64,000 nucleotides of DNA from Moraxellaceae bacterium. GTDB taxonomy: Bacteria; Pseudomonadota; Gammaproteobacteria; Pseudomonadales; Moraxellaceae. Made by a program: the position numbers and the translations under genes. This document shows, piece after piece, positions 51,797 to 63,755 of the stretch. The stretch covers positions 22,107 to 86,106 of the forward strand of contig SECL01000007.1 of NCBI GenBank assembly GCA_004173455.1, read 5' to 3'. The notes under the pieces are model-generated. The model was not told the origin of the DNA, made no database searches, and was given only the letters and a program-made list of their open reading frames with translations. How positions within the stretch are numbered: position 1 is the stretch's first letter; every line of letters begins with the position of its first letter.

Positions 51797-52348
51797 TTAT
51801 TTTGATGGTCCAACCGCTTCCGTTAAGTGCTTGCGAATGGTATCAAACGAGAAGTTTTGTGAATCCATGCGCTTGGGCAAGACATGCGCACCTTGCTGGC
51901 CTTTGACCTTAAAGGTTAAAAACAAAAAGTCGGGGTGATCCTGCCATTCAGTGACTTCTTTCCAGCCAATCATGCCGCGACCTTCTTGTGCGCCCATGCG
52001 CTGCAACATGGTTAAACCTTGCGGCTGCACACCCATTCGAATGCCCTTGATGTCTTCCACCAGTTCTTCATTCAGTTTGCGTTTGACATACCACTCCAGC
52101 CCAAAATACCGAACCAGCAGATACAGCGCCACGCCCACCAGCATCAGCCAGAAGATAATGGTGGAGTAGTTTTTGACAAAAACCAGTCCAGCAATGGCTA
52201 TGGCCACAATCGCAGCCAGAATCAGCCATGTTTTTTGGCTGATAATATTGGTACGCCGCCAGATAGCAAGCTGGGCAGTGCGCTGTTCAGCTTCAGACAG
52301 CTCAAAAGGAACTGGCTGCAAGGTGTAGGGATAGAGGTTTTTGGCCAT
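51797..52348 (-). CDS. YcxB-like membrane protein
   Basis: Two TM helices, then IGW.EV..W......LFL....HVLPKR. Confidence 0.65.
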   Translation of the reverse strand: MAKNLYPYTLQPVPFELSEAEQRTAQLAIWRRTNIISQKTWLILAAIVAIAIAGLVFVKNYSTIIFWLMLVGVALYLLVRYFGLEWYVKRKLNEELVEDIKGIRMGVQPQGLTMLQRMGAQEGRGMIGWKEVTEWQDHPDFLFLTFKVKGQQGAHVLPKRMDSQNFSFDTIRKHLTEAVGPSK

Positions 52349-52605
52349 AATCAATAAAAATCTTTATTTTGCAGAATATGTCTATAGTAGCTTAAAAACC
52401 GCCTGATCTAAAGCTGCCAGTCATTGCCATTCAAGGTACTCAAAAATCCGTTGCGCCAGAAAAAAACAGTTTTAAAAACGGTTTCAAAAAAAGCCGGAAA
52501 GTGCTATTAAATAAGCAATCAGGATGAAAATGAAAGTTGTGCCACTGCGCAAAGCGTGCTGATTCATAATAAGACGCGTGGTGGCATCAGGGATGGGGTC
52601 GGGGA

Positions 52606-53091
52606 GTGAAAATAATGACGAATGTAATTGTTCGTGTCATACGGGTGATGGCGATTGTTCCTTTGATGGGATTGAGCCTGTTTATTTATAAGCTGGCGCT
52701 GCAACCAGCGATTCATCAGTTTTATAAGCTACAACCGGATATGCTGATTGTTTATGCACTGGTTGTGGTGGCGGCACTGGTGCATGCGGTGTTGCTGAGC
52801 AGTCTTGTGCTCAAGATTTATGATCGTTCACTGGGTATGTCTAGCAGTATTATCAGTGTGGCAGTGCTGGGCTATTGTGTACAGATGGCATGGTTAAGCC
52901 CGCTGGAACATGCGACATTCTGGCTGCTGGTGTTTACTGGTTATGCTCTGGCATGGGGCGTAGTACTGTGGTGTGGTCGCTGGGTGCTGCAACGTGAGCA
53001 TGAACTTACCGATATGCAGCAGCAGACCATCAATAGCATCAATCATAGCGCAGACAATTTTGCATTATCTGCTAAAAACAGATCAGGCTAG
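52606..53091 (+). CDS. Hypothetical multi-pass membrane protein
   Basis: 161-aa ORF with about 4 hydrophobic segments; GGGGA RBS before GTG. Confidence 0.55.
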   Translation: MKIMTNVIVRVIRVMAIVPLMGLSLFIYKLALQPAIHQFYKLQPDMLIVYALVVVAALVHAVLLSSLVLKIYDRSLGMSSSIISVAVLGYCVQMAWLSPLEHATFWLLVFTGYALAWGVVLWCGRWVLQREHELTDMQQQTINSINHSADNFALSAKNRSG

Positions 53092-53121
53092 TACAGCTTA
53101 GCGTTAGAAAAAGGGCTAAAA

Positions 53122-53835
53122 ATGCGGATTCACGTTTTGCAGCATGTGGCGTTTGAGGGCTTGGGCTGTATCGACCATTGGGTACAGTCCAGACAAGCCA
53201 CCGTGAGTTTTACCCGCTTTTTTTCTTCTGATAAAAATTATCTGCCAGCCATTGACGCATTTGACCTGCTTATTGTACTGGGCGGGCCAATGAGCGTGAA
53301 TGACCAGACACAATATCCGTGGCTGGCGCAGGAAAAAGTATTTATCCAGCAGGCGATTGCTGCGCGTAAACCAGTGCTGGGCATTTGTCTGGGCGCGCAA
53401 TTAATTGCCTATAGCCTCGGTGCGTCCGTTTATGCCAACAACCTCAAGGAAATTGGCTGGTTTACCGTTGAGGCTTTACCCAATTTACCAGAGCAGGCTT
53501 TTGCGTTTCCGCGACAGGCCACGGTCTTTCACTGGCATGGCGAAACCTTTGATTTGCCAGCTGCAACAATACATCTGGCTAAAAGTGCAGGCTGCCCGCA
53601 TCAGGCGTTTCAATATCAGGATTATGTGATTGGCTTGCAGTTTCATCTGGAAACCACCGCAAATACAGCCGCGCAGATCGTGGCGCACTGTGCCGATGAG
53701 CTGGCAGACGAACTCACCAAAAACCAGCCTTATATTCAATCCGGAGCGCAGATTCTGGCGCTCACACCGCAATACAGTCAGGCCGTTAATGGTCTAATGC
53801 GTGAGATTCTGGATTTTCTCGCACGCGCCATTTGA
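53122..53835 (+). CDS. Type 1 glutamine amidotransferase-like protein
   Basis: LGGPMS, GICLGAQ, WHGETF, QFHLE catalytic triad. Confidence 0.9.
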   Translation: MRIHVLQHVAFEGLGCIDHWVQSRQATVSFTRFFSSDKNYLPAIDAFDLLIVLGGPMSVNDQTQYPWLAQEKVFIQQAIAARKPVLGICLGAQLIAYSLGASVYANNLKEIGWFTVEALPNLPEQAFAFPRQATVFHWHGETFDLPAATIHLAKSAGCPHQAFQYQDYVIGLQFHLETTANTAAQIVAHCADELADELTKNQPYIQSGAQILALTPQYSQAVNGLMREILDFLARAI

Positions 53836-54028
53836 TTTTTGCTTTGCTATTTTTTGATTTATCACTTTTTCATGCAACGGACAACCCTGCTAATGCTTAA
53901 GGTTTGTCCGTTTTGTTATGCAACTTTAGTGGTAAATTGATCAATAACACAACGCTATTAACAAGAATAACGCTTAATTATTGCTTTAGCCCACTAAAAT
54001 AGGCTGCTTCCATCACTATTTTAGATGT

Positions 54029-55273
54029 ATGCCCACTATGCCCATAACGCCTTCTACCACACGTCCTTATTCCATGCGCTGGATTGTGATTCTGGGCTTG
54101 CTCACCGCACTGGGGCCACTGTCCATTGATATGTATTTGCCTGCGTTACCAGCCATGGCCAAAGACCTGTCCGTAGAAACGGCGCAAGTGGCCAACAGCT
54201 TGCCCGCCTATTTTTTTGGTCTGGCACTGGGGCAATTGATTTATGGCCCGGTGAGTGATCGTATTGGTCGCAAGTTTCCGCTGTATTTTGGCCTAAGCCT
54301 GTTTGTGCTGGCCAGTCTGGCCTGTGCGCTAGCCAATAGCATTGATGTGTTACTGGTTGCGCGTTTCTTTCAGGCACTGGGTGGCTGTGTGGGTGTGGTG
54401 ATGGCACGGGCGGCCATTCGTGATCGCTTGAGTATGACTGAGTCGGCACAGGCCTATTCCATGCTCATGCTGGTGATGGGGGCAGCGCCTATTCTGGCAC
54501 CGATGCTGGGCAGCGCCTTGCTGTTGTGGACTGGCTGGCATGGCATTTTTGTCTTGCTATTGCTGTGTGGATTGGCCTGTCTGTTGCTTATTCATTTTTA
54601 TTTTGATGAAACCCTACCGGTTGAATCACGGCGCAAGCTAAGTGTCGGGCAGGTGTTGAGCACCTATGTCGAGCTATTAAAAGATCACCGCTTTCGCACC
54701 CCGGCTCTAGCGGGTGCGCTGCTGGGCGCTGCCATGTTTGCCTATATTAGTGCCTCGTCCGAATTATTTATTGAATACTTTGGCGTGTCTGCCCAGCATT
54801 TTGCCTGGATTTTTGGTTTTAATGCGTTTGGTCTGATTGTGCTGTCACAGGTCAATGCCCGACTGGTCAAGCGAATGGGTGTATTACGCTTATTACATAT
54901 GGGCGCCAGTATGCAGAGCTTTGGTGCCATTTTCCTACTGTGTCTGGCATTGTCGGGACATAGTAGTCTGGCCACCAGCATGTTTGGACTGTTTTTTGTG
55001 GTATCTGGCGTGGGACTTACCGGTGCCAATGCCACGGCCATTGCACTGGCTGAGCAAGGCCAGCGCGCAGGTATTGCCAGTGCGCTAATGGGTGCTATGC
55101 AATTTGGGCTTGGCCTGCTGGCGGGGGTACTGCTTTACCTGCTGCCTTATTCGTTATCGCTGTCAATGAGTATTGTCATGGTGGTGTTAATTGGCACGGG
55201 CTTAACTGCCGTGTATGTATTGCGCTGGCGTGAGCGCCGTGCCATGCCACCTGTTCCGCCTACGGGTGCCTGA
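54029..55273 (+). CDS. MFS multidrug efflux transporter (Bcr/CflA)
   Basis: IDMYLPALP, GPVSDRIGRK, ARFFQALG. Confidence 0.92.
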   Translation: MPTMPITPSTTRPYSMRWIVILGLLTALGPLSIDMYLPALPAMAKDLSVETAQVANSLPAYFFGLALGQLIYGPVSDRIGRKFPLYFGLSLFVLASLACALANSIDVLLVARFFQALGGCVGVVMARAAIRDRLSMTESAQAYSMLMLVMGAAPILAPMLGSALLLWTGWHGIFVLLLLCGLACLLLIHFYFDETLPVESRRKLSVGQVLSTYVELLKDHRFRTPALAGALLGAAMFAYISASSELFIEYFGVSAQHFAWIFGFNAFGLIVLSQVNARLVKRMGVLRLLHMGASMQSFGAIFLLCLALSGHSSLATSMFGLFFVVSGVGLTGANATAIALAEQGQRAGIASALMGAMQFGLGLLAGVLLYLLPYSLSLSMSIVMVVLIGTGLTAVYVLRWRERRAMPPVPPTGA

Positions 55274-55353
55274 CAGTATTGATTTAACCCTGTCATTCTA
55301 GCGCTGCAAGCAACAATGACAGGGAACTTACCGGAATTAAATGGAACGATAAA

Positions 55354-56577
55354 ATGGACTTTACTTTAAACGCGTATTACACCCTGATTTGTGCTGTGAT
55401 TATTTTGCTGATTGGCCAATATCTGGTAAAAAAAATCCGCTTTTTGCAGGATTTTAATATTCCCGAGCCGGTAGCAGGCGGCTTGGTGGCTGCGATTATC
55501 CTGTTTGCCATTCATGCGCTTACGGGCTACCAGTTTAATTTTCATAAAGAACTGCAAACGGCTTTCATGCTGATTTTCTTTGCGTCGATTGGCTTGAGTG
55601 CCAATTTTGCCAAGTTAAAAGCTGGTGGCACTGGACTGGTTGTTTTTCTGGTGATTATTGGCGTGTTTATTCTGGTGCAGGATCTGGTCGGGATAGGACT
55701 GGCAAAGGCGCTGGGGCTTGATCCCCTCATTGGCCTGATAGCCGGTTCCATCACGCTGGTGGGCGGTCATGGCACGGCAGGCGCGTGGGGTCTGGTCATG
55801 GAGCAAAAATACGGCGTACAGGGAGCCGTCACGCTAGGGATTGCCTGTGCCACGTTTGGACTGGTGATTGGCGGACTGATTGGCGGACCATTGGCGCGGT
55901 CATTGATTGCGCGTCATCATCTGCATTTACCGCCAGCGCAAGTGCAGAACAACCTGCCTGTGACAGCAAACAGTGATGTGCTGAACTTTGAGCAACCGCA
56001 AAAAGAACGTTTAATCACCGCCACTACCGCCGTTGAAACGCTCGCCTTGTTTGCGGCGTGTCTGGCCTTTGCCGACTATATGACGATTGTGGCCAAGGGC
56101 ACGGCGTTTGAGTTGCCAACCTTTGTCTGGGCATTGGGTGGTGGTGTAATTATTCGCAATGCGCTGGAATACATTTTTCGGGTCGATATGTTTGACCGTG
56201 CCATTGATGTGTTTGGTAGTGCGTCACTGTCGCTATTTTTGGCCATGGCCTTGCTGTCGTTAAAACTCTGGGAGCTGGCTGGTTTGGCGGCACCGCTGAT
56301 GGTGATTCTGGCGGCGCAAACCGTGGTGATGGCGTTATATGCCTACTTCATCACGTTTTATGGCATGGGTCGCGATTATGATGCGGCGGTGCTGGCTGCT
56401 GGACATTGCGGTTTTGGCATGGGCGCAACACCCACCGCAGTGGCTAACATGCAGGCGATCACTAACAAATATGGCCCTTCACATAAGGCATTTTTGATTG
56501 TTCCTATGGTTGGCGCGTTTTTCATTGATTTAATTAATGCAGGCGTGATTCAGATATTTATTAAGTTTTTTGGGTAG
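55354..56577 (+). CDS. gltS: Sodium/glutamate symporter
   Basis: NIPEPVAGG, GGHGTA, GFGMGATPTA. Confidence 0.95.
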   Translation: MDFTLNAYYTLICAVIILLIGQYLVKKIRFLQDFNIPEPVAGGLVAAIILFAIHALTGYQFNFHKELQTAFMLIFFASIGLSANFAKLKAGGTGLVVFLVIIGVFILVQDLVGIGLAKALGLDPLIGLIAGSITLVGGHGTAGAWGLVMEQKYGVQGAVTLGIACATFGLVIGGLIGGPLARSLIARHHLHLPPAQVQNNLPVTANSDVLNFEQPQKERLITATTAVETLALFAACLAFADYMTIVAKGTAFELPTFVWALGGGVIIRNALEYIFRVDMFDRAIDVFGSASLSLFLAMALLSLKLWELAGLAAPLMVILAAQTVVMALYAYFITFYGMGRDYDAAVLAAGHCGFGMGATPTAVANMQAITNKYGPSHKAFLIVPMVGAFFIDLINAGVIQIFIKFFG

Positions 56578-56590
56578 GTTGGAAGTTAAA

Positions 56591-56635
56591 AATAAAAAAG
56601 CTGCGAATGACGGACTGTTTAGCAGCTTTTTTATT
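56591..56635. terminator. Bidirectional intrinsic terminator
   Basis: AATAAAAAAGCTGC...GCAGCTTTTTTATT. Confidence 0.8.
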
Positions 56636-56651
56636 TGAGTAGCAAAAGGTT

Positions 56652-57374
56652 TTATAGCTCTTGAATCTGCTCAAGGCTTAGGGTATGGAGCTCAAACAAA
56701 GGCTGTTTCAGCAGGGCATTTAGTGCCTTGATGGTCTGGTAATCAGAGCCATTCCCATTGATTACTAAAGTCTGCTTTTGTGCATCAAAACTGATACCTG
56801 CTGTGTTTTTCAAAAAGACCTGCAAGATTTCAGGACTATCACTCAGGTCAGCCAGACTTCCTTGCAAGGTTTGATCCATTCTACTTAAAAAGTACCAGTC
56901 GCAATCGCTACCTTCAATAAAATCAGGATTGCTGTCAAAAAGGGTTGAGCCAGTATCATAATGATCCATATAGGATTCTTCTGCATTGATCCAGATGGCG
57001 TACTGCGGTTTGCTGTCATCAAATTCAATCAGCTGGTAGCACAAGATGCCAGACAGTTTGGCAAATTCAAACGCATCATCTGCGCTCATTTCTGGCAATG
57101 TTTCGTTATCAAATGCTTTACTGGTTTTTTCTAAAATAAAGGCTTCTATTTTTTCATAGGTTTCATCGTCTGCTTCGCCATTGCCAATATCGTACTGACT
57201 TAACTCATATTCGTTATATAAAGCGTCAACGATTAGGGTTTTATAGGCTTCTTCCGCTTCAACTTTATCGCTATAAACTGCGGCAATCTGCCCGGCAGTA
57301 GCATCGTCGGTTAAAAACCATTCATCGTTGTAGGCAAAGTTATTGTGGCGGATAACATATTTAATGTTGTTCAT
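56652..57374 (-). CDS. Highly acidic hypothetical protein (partner of the DUF6915-like gene)
   Basis: 240-aa ORF with AAGGA RBS; hand count about 46 D/E versus about 14 K/R; no recognised family. Confidence 0.7.
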   Translation of the reverse strand: MNNIKYVIRHNNFAYNDEWFLTDDATAGQIAAVYSDKVEAEEAYKTLIVDALYNEYELSQYDIGNGEADDETYEKIEAFILEKTSKAFDNETLPEMSADDAFEFAKLSGILCYQLIEFDDSKPQYAIWINAEESYMDHYDTGSTLFDSNPDFIEGSDCDWYFLSRMDQTLQGSLADLSDSPEILQVFLKNTAGISFDAQKQTLVINGNGSDYQTIKALNALLKQPLFELHTLSLEQIQEL

Positions 57375-57451
57375 GATTTTGATGTCCTTTATTTAATTAA
57401 CTTGAGTGTTATGGCCTAAAAATTTTGATGAAACGGTTTAAAAGTTATTTT

Positions 57452-58069
57452 CTAAGCAATCTTACTTTTTAAATCCTGCAATTTCAGTGCGCTGGGTGGC
57501 GCCACCGTGCCATTATCCATCCATAGTTCAAAGCGCATCGGATTAAAAAACATAGCAGGTGTGATATCAAACTCGATAAACTTAGCGTTACTTTTGCCCA
57601 TTAGCGGTAAAATGGTATTAATAAACCAGCTATTGTGCGTAATGAGCAGTGATTTTAATTGTCCCGTAACGGATAAAGGCGAGAGCAGAGTGGCGGATAA
57701 TTTCGGGTCATCAATGACGTCACAGTGAAATTTTTCCAGTCGCTTGGCCAAACCGTTCGTGGGAATATCCTGCATAGCAGCCACAAAATCGCCTAGTGTT
57801 GGAATAAAGCGATGGTGAAAATCCACCAGCAAATGATCTTTTTCGCATAGGTCTTTGACTTCAATGCTTTTGCCTGCACTGTTATTAAAATAATGGCCAA
57901 ATACCGGAATAATCACTTCCTGCACACCCCAGAAGGTATGCAAAATGCGGTGACGGTTGTCAGTGCATAGCATTTTGGTACTATCGATAAGCGCATGAAT
58001 GTCAATATAGTCTTCAAGTTCGCCACCGCGCCGTCGTTGTGAAATTTGCGCGTGCTGTACAGGATTCAT
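57452..58069 (-). CDS. DUF6915-like His-rich protein with degenerate internal duplication
   Basis: MNPVQHA.S.RRRGG..EDY..IH..IDSTK....DNRHR.LH...G..FG...EKDH..D...IPTL.DF resembles the DUF6915 pattern as recalled; second half echoes the first. Confidence 0.7.
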   Translation of the reverse strand: MNPVQHAQISQRRRGGELEDYIDIHALIDSTKMLCTDNRHRILHTFWGVQEVIIPVFGHYFNNSAGKSIEVKDLCEKDHLLVDFHHRFIPTLGDFVAAMQDIPTNGLAKRLEKFHCDVIDDPKLSATLLSPLSVTGQLKSLLITHNSWFINTILPLMGKSNAKFIEFDITPAMFFNPMRFELWMDNGTVAPPSALKLQDLKSKIA

Positions 58070-58218
58070 GGTTAGGTTTGATCCGTTTTCTTTGTTTTTA
58101 AATCCTAGCAAAAAAGTAAGGCAAATAATTGAAATAATTTATGATTAAGTCATATCTTGTCGCTTAATAAATTTTTATAGGATTTCTATAGAGCAATAAA
58201 AGAAAGCGCCATAAAAGA

Positions 58219-58252
58219 AAAAAGCCATGCTAAAAAATAAACATGGCTTTTT
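58219..58252 (-). terminator. Intrinsic terminator after gatB
   Basis: AAAAAGCCATG...CATGGCTTTTT. Confidence 0.75.
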
Positions 58253-58275
58253 AAAATGCAGAAAACTTTAAAGAT

Positions 58276-59739
58276 TTAACCCAGTAATTGCTTCATCAAC
58301 TGATTAACCTGCGCCGGATTGGCCTTGCCTTTTGAAGCTTTCATCACCTGACCAACCAGACCATTAAAGGCTTTTTCCTTACCGGATTTGTATTCAGCCA
58401 CCATGTTTTCATTGGCAGCTAATACTTCTTTGATAATGGCTTCAATCGCGCCAGTATCAGTTTCCTGCTTCAGGCCTTTTGCTTCAATAATCTGATCGGC
58501 AGTTTGTCCAGCGGCGTCCAGCATTTCGGCAAAAACCTGCTTGGCAATCTTGCCGCTAATGGTGTTGTCCACAATACGGGCAATCAAGCCGCCCAATTGT
58601 TCTGGGCTAATGGGGGAGTCGGTGATGTCTTTTTCAGATTTGTTTAAACCAGCCAGCAATTCACCCATCACCCAGTTGGCCGCCTGCTTGGCTTGTTTTT
58701 CACCGCCCGCTGCTTGCACCGTGGCTTCATAAAAGTCGGCCAGATCACGCGAGCCAGTCAATACACGGGCATCATATTCCGGCAATTGATACTGGCTAAC
58801 AAAACGCTCACGCCGCGCCACTGGTAACTCTGGCAGTTCAGCGCGGATTTGCTCAATCTGTGCTTCGGAAATTTCAACCGGCAACAAATCAGGATCAGGG
58901 AAGTAGCGATAATCGTTGGCTTCTTCCTTGGAGCGCATGCTGCGGGTTTCGTTTTTGTTGGGGTCGTATAAACGGGTAGCCTGAATCACGCGACCGCCGC
59001 TTTCAATCAGATCAATTTGTCGCTCAACTTCGGCGTCAATCGCGCGCTCAATAAAGCGGAACGAGTTGATATTTTTCAGCTCGCAACGCGTGCCGTAGTC
59101 ATCACCGGGCTGGCGGATCGACACGTTACAGTCCACCCGAAACGAGCCTTCAGCCATATTGCCGTCACTAATGCCTAGCCAGCGCACCAGTGAGTGAATC
59201 ACGCGCACATACGCCACTGCTTCCTCAGCCGAGCGCATGTCGGGTTCGGACACAATTTCCAGCAGCGGCGTACCGGCACGGTTGAGGTCAATACCAGTCA
59301 TGCCGGCAAAGTCTTCATGCAGCGATTTACCGGCATCTTCTTCCAGATGCGCCCGCGTGACGCCAACACGTTTTGTGCTGCCATCTTCAAGTTGAATATC
59401 CACAAACCCTTTGCCCACAATAGGATGATCCATCTGGCTAATCTGGTAGCCTTTGGGCAGGTCGGGATAAAAATAGTTCTTGCGCGCAAACACCGAAGCG
59501 CGGCCAATTTCGGCATCAATGCCCAAGCCAAAGCGAATGGCCTTGTTGACCACTTCACGATTTAACACCGGCAATACGCCAGGTAGCGCCAGATCAACCA
59601 TGCTGGCTTGCGTGTTGGGTTCGGCACCAAATGTGGTGGGTGCGCCTGAAAATATTTTGGTGTTGGTATTGAGCTGACAATGGATTTCAAGGCCAATCAC
59701 CACTTCCCAGCCGTGAACGAGTTTAGACTTGGCATTCAT
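58276..59739 (-). CDS. gatB: Asp/Glu-tRNA amidotransferase subunit B
   Basis: [42 protein letters not shown]. Confidence 0.98.
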   Translation of the reverse strand: MNAKSKLVHGWEVVIGLEIHCQLNTNTKIFSGAPTTFGAEPNTQASMVDLALPGVLPVLNREVVNKAIRFGLGIDAEIGRASVFARKNYFYPDLPKGYQISQMDHPIVGKGFVDIQLEDGSTKRVGVTRAHLEEDAGKSLHEDFAGMTGIDLNRAGTPLLEIVSEPDMRSAEEAVAYVRVIHSLVRWLGISDGNMAEGSFRVDCNVSIRQPGDDYGTRCELKNINSFRFIERAIDAEVERQIDLIESGGRVIQATRLYDPNKNETRSMRSKEEANDYRYFPDPDLLPVEISEAQIEQIRAELPELPVARRERFVSQYQLPEYDARVLTGSRDLADFYEATVQAAGGEKQAKQAANWVMGELLAGLNKSEKDITDSPISPEQLGGLIARIVDNTISGKIAKQVFAEMLDAAGQTADQIIEAKGLKQETDTGAIEAIIKEVLAANENMVAEYKSGKEKAFNGLVGQVMKASKGKANPAQVNQLMKQLLG

Positions 59740-61275
59740 TTAAACGTTCTCCTGCGTCAGGCTTTGCTTGGCAACCGGGGGGCGCTGTAAATGCCAGTTT
59801 GTTTGTTGCTGATAGTGATGGGCGATGGATAAAAGCTGGCCTTCGCTCCAGTAATTGCCAATCAGCTGTAAGCCGACCGGCAGGTTTTTTTCGTCCAGAC
59901 CCACAGGAACGCTAATGGCAGGTAAGCCCGCCAGATTGGCTCCGACGGTAAACAGGTCGCTTAAGTATTCAAGCACTGGGTCCAGTTTAATGCTAATAAT
60001 GCCAGCGGTTTCAGGCGTGGTTGGCCCTGCAATCACATCAACCTGTGAAAAAGCTTTCAAAAAATCCTGCTGGATCAGGCGGCGTACTTTTTGGGCTTTG
60101 ACATAGTAAGCGTCGTAATAGCCAGCTGATAGGGCATAGGTGCCAATTAAAATACGGCGTTGTACCTCGTCACCAAATCCCTCGGAACGTGAACGCTGGT
60201 ATAGGTCGGTCAGGTCGGTTGGGTTTTCACAGCGGTAGCCATAACGCACGCCATCATAGCGTGACAGGTTGCTGGATGCTTCGGCGGGTGCCAGCAGGTA
60301 ATAGGTAGAAATGACATAATCGGCAGTATTCAGGTCGATACTGACTAATATAGCCCCTTGGCTTTCCAGTTGTTTTAGCGAATCTTCGATGCAGGCTTTG
60401 ACTTCAGGATCAAGCGCCGGACTATCAAAATATTGTTTGGGCAAGCCAATACGCAGGCCTTTTAATGGCTGGTTTAAGTCGTCCACCTGAGTTAACTGGG
60501 CAACATAATCTTCCGCTGGAAGATCCACACTGGTGGAATCTTTGGCATCATGACCTGCCATGACATTGAGCAAATAGGCGCAGTCTTCAGCCGAACGAGC
60601 CATCGGGCCAGCTTGATCGAAACTGGACGCATAGGCAATCATGCCAAAACGCGACACACGGCCATAGGTAGGTTTAATGCCGGTTAAACCACAAAATGCC
60701 GCAGGCTGGCGAATAGAACCACCAGTATCGGTGCCGGTGGCAAATGGTGCAAGGTCAGCCGCTACTGCCGCCGCCGAACCACCTGAGGAGCCGCCCGGAA
60801 CGCGATTGGTGTCCCAAGGGTTTTTAGTCGCCCCAAAAAATGATTTTTCATTGGTGGAACCCATGGCAAACTCGTCCATGTTCACCTTGCCCAATGTCAC
60901 CAGACCGGCGTCCAGACATTTTTGCACCACGGTTGCGTTATAGGGGGCAATAAACGGATTTTTTGGGTCGCCCAGCATTCTGGAGCCTGCTGTGGTCTTG
61001 ATGCCTTGGGTACAAAAGATGTCCTTGTGCGCGAGTGGAATGCCGGACAGTGCTCCTGCATGACCAGCACCACGCGCCTGATCAGCCGCCTGTGCCTGTG
61101 CCAGCGCCAGTTCACCGGTCACGGTCACATAGCTATTGAGCTGCGGATCAAGGGCAGCAATACGCTGCAAATAATGCTGGGTCAGCTCTACTGAGGAAAA
61201 CTGCTTGGTGGCAAGTCCTTCACCAAGCTGGCGTACACTGAACTGATGCAGGTCAGAGGAATAATGATCGGTCAT
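59740..61275 (-). CDS. gatA: Asp/Glu-tRNA amidotransferase subunit A
   Basis: [22 protein letters not shown] amidase signature. Confidence 0.98.
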   Translation of the reverse strand: MTDHYSSDLHQFSVRQLGEGLATKQFSSVELTQHYLQRIAALDPQLNSYVTVTGELALAQAQAADQARGAGHAGALSGIPLAHKDIFCTQGIKTTAGSRMLGDPKNPFIAPYNATVVQKCLDAGLVTLGKVNMDEFAMGSTNEKSFFGATKNPWDTNRVPGGSSGGSAAAVAADLAPFATGTDTGGSIRQPAAFCGLTGIKPTYGRVSRFGMIAYASSFDQAGPMARSAEDCAYLLNVMAGHDAKDSTSVDLPAEDYVAQLTQVDDLNQPLKGLRIGLPKQYFDSPALDPEVKACIEDSLKQLESQGAILVSIDLNTADYVISTYYLLAPAEASSNLSRYDGVRYGYRCENPTDLTDLYQRSRSEGFGDEVQRRILIGTYALSAGYYDAYYVKAQKVRRLIQQDFLKAFSQVDVIAGPTTPETAGIISIKLDPVLEYLSDLFTVGANLAGLPAISVPVGLDEKNLPVGLQLIGNYWSEGQLLSIAHHYQQQTNWHLQRPPVAKQSLTQENV

Positions 61276-61354
61276 AATAATTCAGATATATTTTGTTAAA
61301 GAAAAATAAACACTAGTTTGGCGGCACCAGACCCAATTTTGGCTGGCAAAACCA

Positions 61355-61669
61355 TTACTCAATCACGCGCGGTACCAGATACAGGCCATCCTGTGTGGCT
61401 GGGGCAACCGCTTGATAGGCCTCGCGTTGATTGGGTTCGGTCACCACATCAGCACGCAGCGGTTGCGCATGTTCAAACGGGCTTTTGAGTGGTTCAATAC
61501 CTGTGGTGTCAATACGCTGCAATGCCTGCATGAGCGACAGAATATTATTAAGACTCAGCGCATATTCTGCTGCCTTGGACTCATCGAGCGCCAAGCGGCC
61601 TAAAACGGCGATTTTTTCAACGTCATGTGCGGTTAATGTGTTGTCGGTTTGGCTTGTGTTTTCTGACAT
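61355..61669 (-). CDS. gatC: Asp/Glu-tRNA amidotransferase subunit C
   Basis: V.KIA.LGRL, LRADVV, LYLVPRVIE. Confidence 0.96.
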   Translation of the reverse strand: MSENTSQTDNTLTAHDVEKIAVLGRLALDESKAAEYALSLNNILSLMQALQRIDTTGIEPLKSPFEHAQPLRADVVTEPNQREAYQAVAPATQDGLYLVPRVIE

Positions 61670-61769
61670 AAAAGCACACCTGCATCAGCATAAAAAGTAT
61701 AATGGCGGCACGTTATCATAAGATGCCGACTTGTCCAAATGGCTTGTCTAAATAATAGCATTTCGTTAA

Positions 61770-62867
<1,098 letters not shown>

Positions 62868-62897
62868 TCAATTTTGTCTAACCAATAGGCGGTTGCG

Positions 62898-63755
62898 GTG
62901 CAGTCCAATATTTTCAGCCGTCAGCCGCCAGCAATTCGTTCTTTTACGCTGGCACTGGTTGCCTGTTTTGTCCTGATTTTCATTAACTGGCGTTATGAAG
63001 AATGGGTGACGCCAGTGCGTAATCTGGTGCATCGTGCATTTAACCCCATTTATGCACTGGCCAGTTATCCGGTGTTATCGGGAGACTGGTTTCGCCAGCA
63101 AAACAAATCAGAAGACCAGCTACGCCGTGAAAATACCGCCATGCGTGCCGAGCTATTACAAAACCGGGTGCGCCTGCAAAAGCTCTCTGAATTATCCGCT
63201 GAAAATACCCGTCTGCGTGGCTTGCTCAATACGCCGCTGATTATTGATGGCCGTATGCTGATTAGCGAAGTAATCGGCACCGATACTGACCCACTGCGCC
63301 AGATTCTAATTATCAATAAAGGCCGTGATGAGCAGGTCAAGACCGGCCAGACCATTCTGGATGACAAGGGGATTATGGGGCAGGTCATTGATGTCTATCC
63401 GCATAGTGCCCGGGTGATGCTGCTATCAGACAAAGAGCATGCCATTTCAGTGCGGATTGAGCGTACCGGCATGCGCGGCATTGTTGCTGGTACGGGGGAT
63501 AGCGGCCGTCTGGCCATGCAGTATTTGCCCAATACCGCGGACATTAAAATTGGCGACCGATTAATCAGTTCAGGGCTTGGTGAGCAGTTTCCAGCCGGTT
63601 ATCCGGTGGGTGTGGTGACTGCCATTGCCCGGCATGGTGCAGGTGAGTTTGCCAGCATCGATGTCAAGCCACTGGCGCAACTGGAAGGCGGTCATCATGT
63701 GGTGGTTCTGTTTTCCGAACCGTTAGCCCTGGAGCAACCGTATGCCGCTTCTTGA
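62898..63755 (+). CDS. mreC: Rod shape-determining protein MreC
   Basis: AENTRLRGLL, INKG, GDRLISSGLG..FPAGYPVG. Confidence 0.95.
   Translation: MQSNIFSRQPPAIRSFTLALVACFVLIFINWRYEEWVTPVRNLVHRAFNPIYALASYPVLSGDWFRQQNKSEDQLRRENTAMRAELLQNRVRLQKLSELSAENTRLRGLLNTPLIIDGRMLISEVIGTDTDPLRQILIINKGRDEQVKTGQTILDDKGIMGQVIDVYPHSARVMLLSDKEHAISVRIERTGMRGIVAGTGDSGRLAMQYLPNTADIKIGDRLISSGLGEQFPAGYPVGVVTAIARHGAGEFASIDVKPLAQLEGGHHVVVLFSEPLALEQPYAAS

Noticed and set aside
58276-61669. gatCAB in a gammaproteobacterium
   Set aside because: Normal for Pseudomonadales/Moraxellales (indirect Asn-tRNA pathway).
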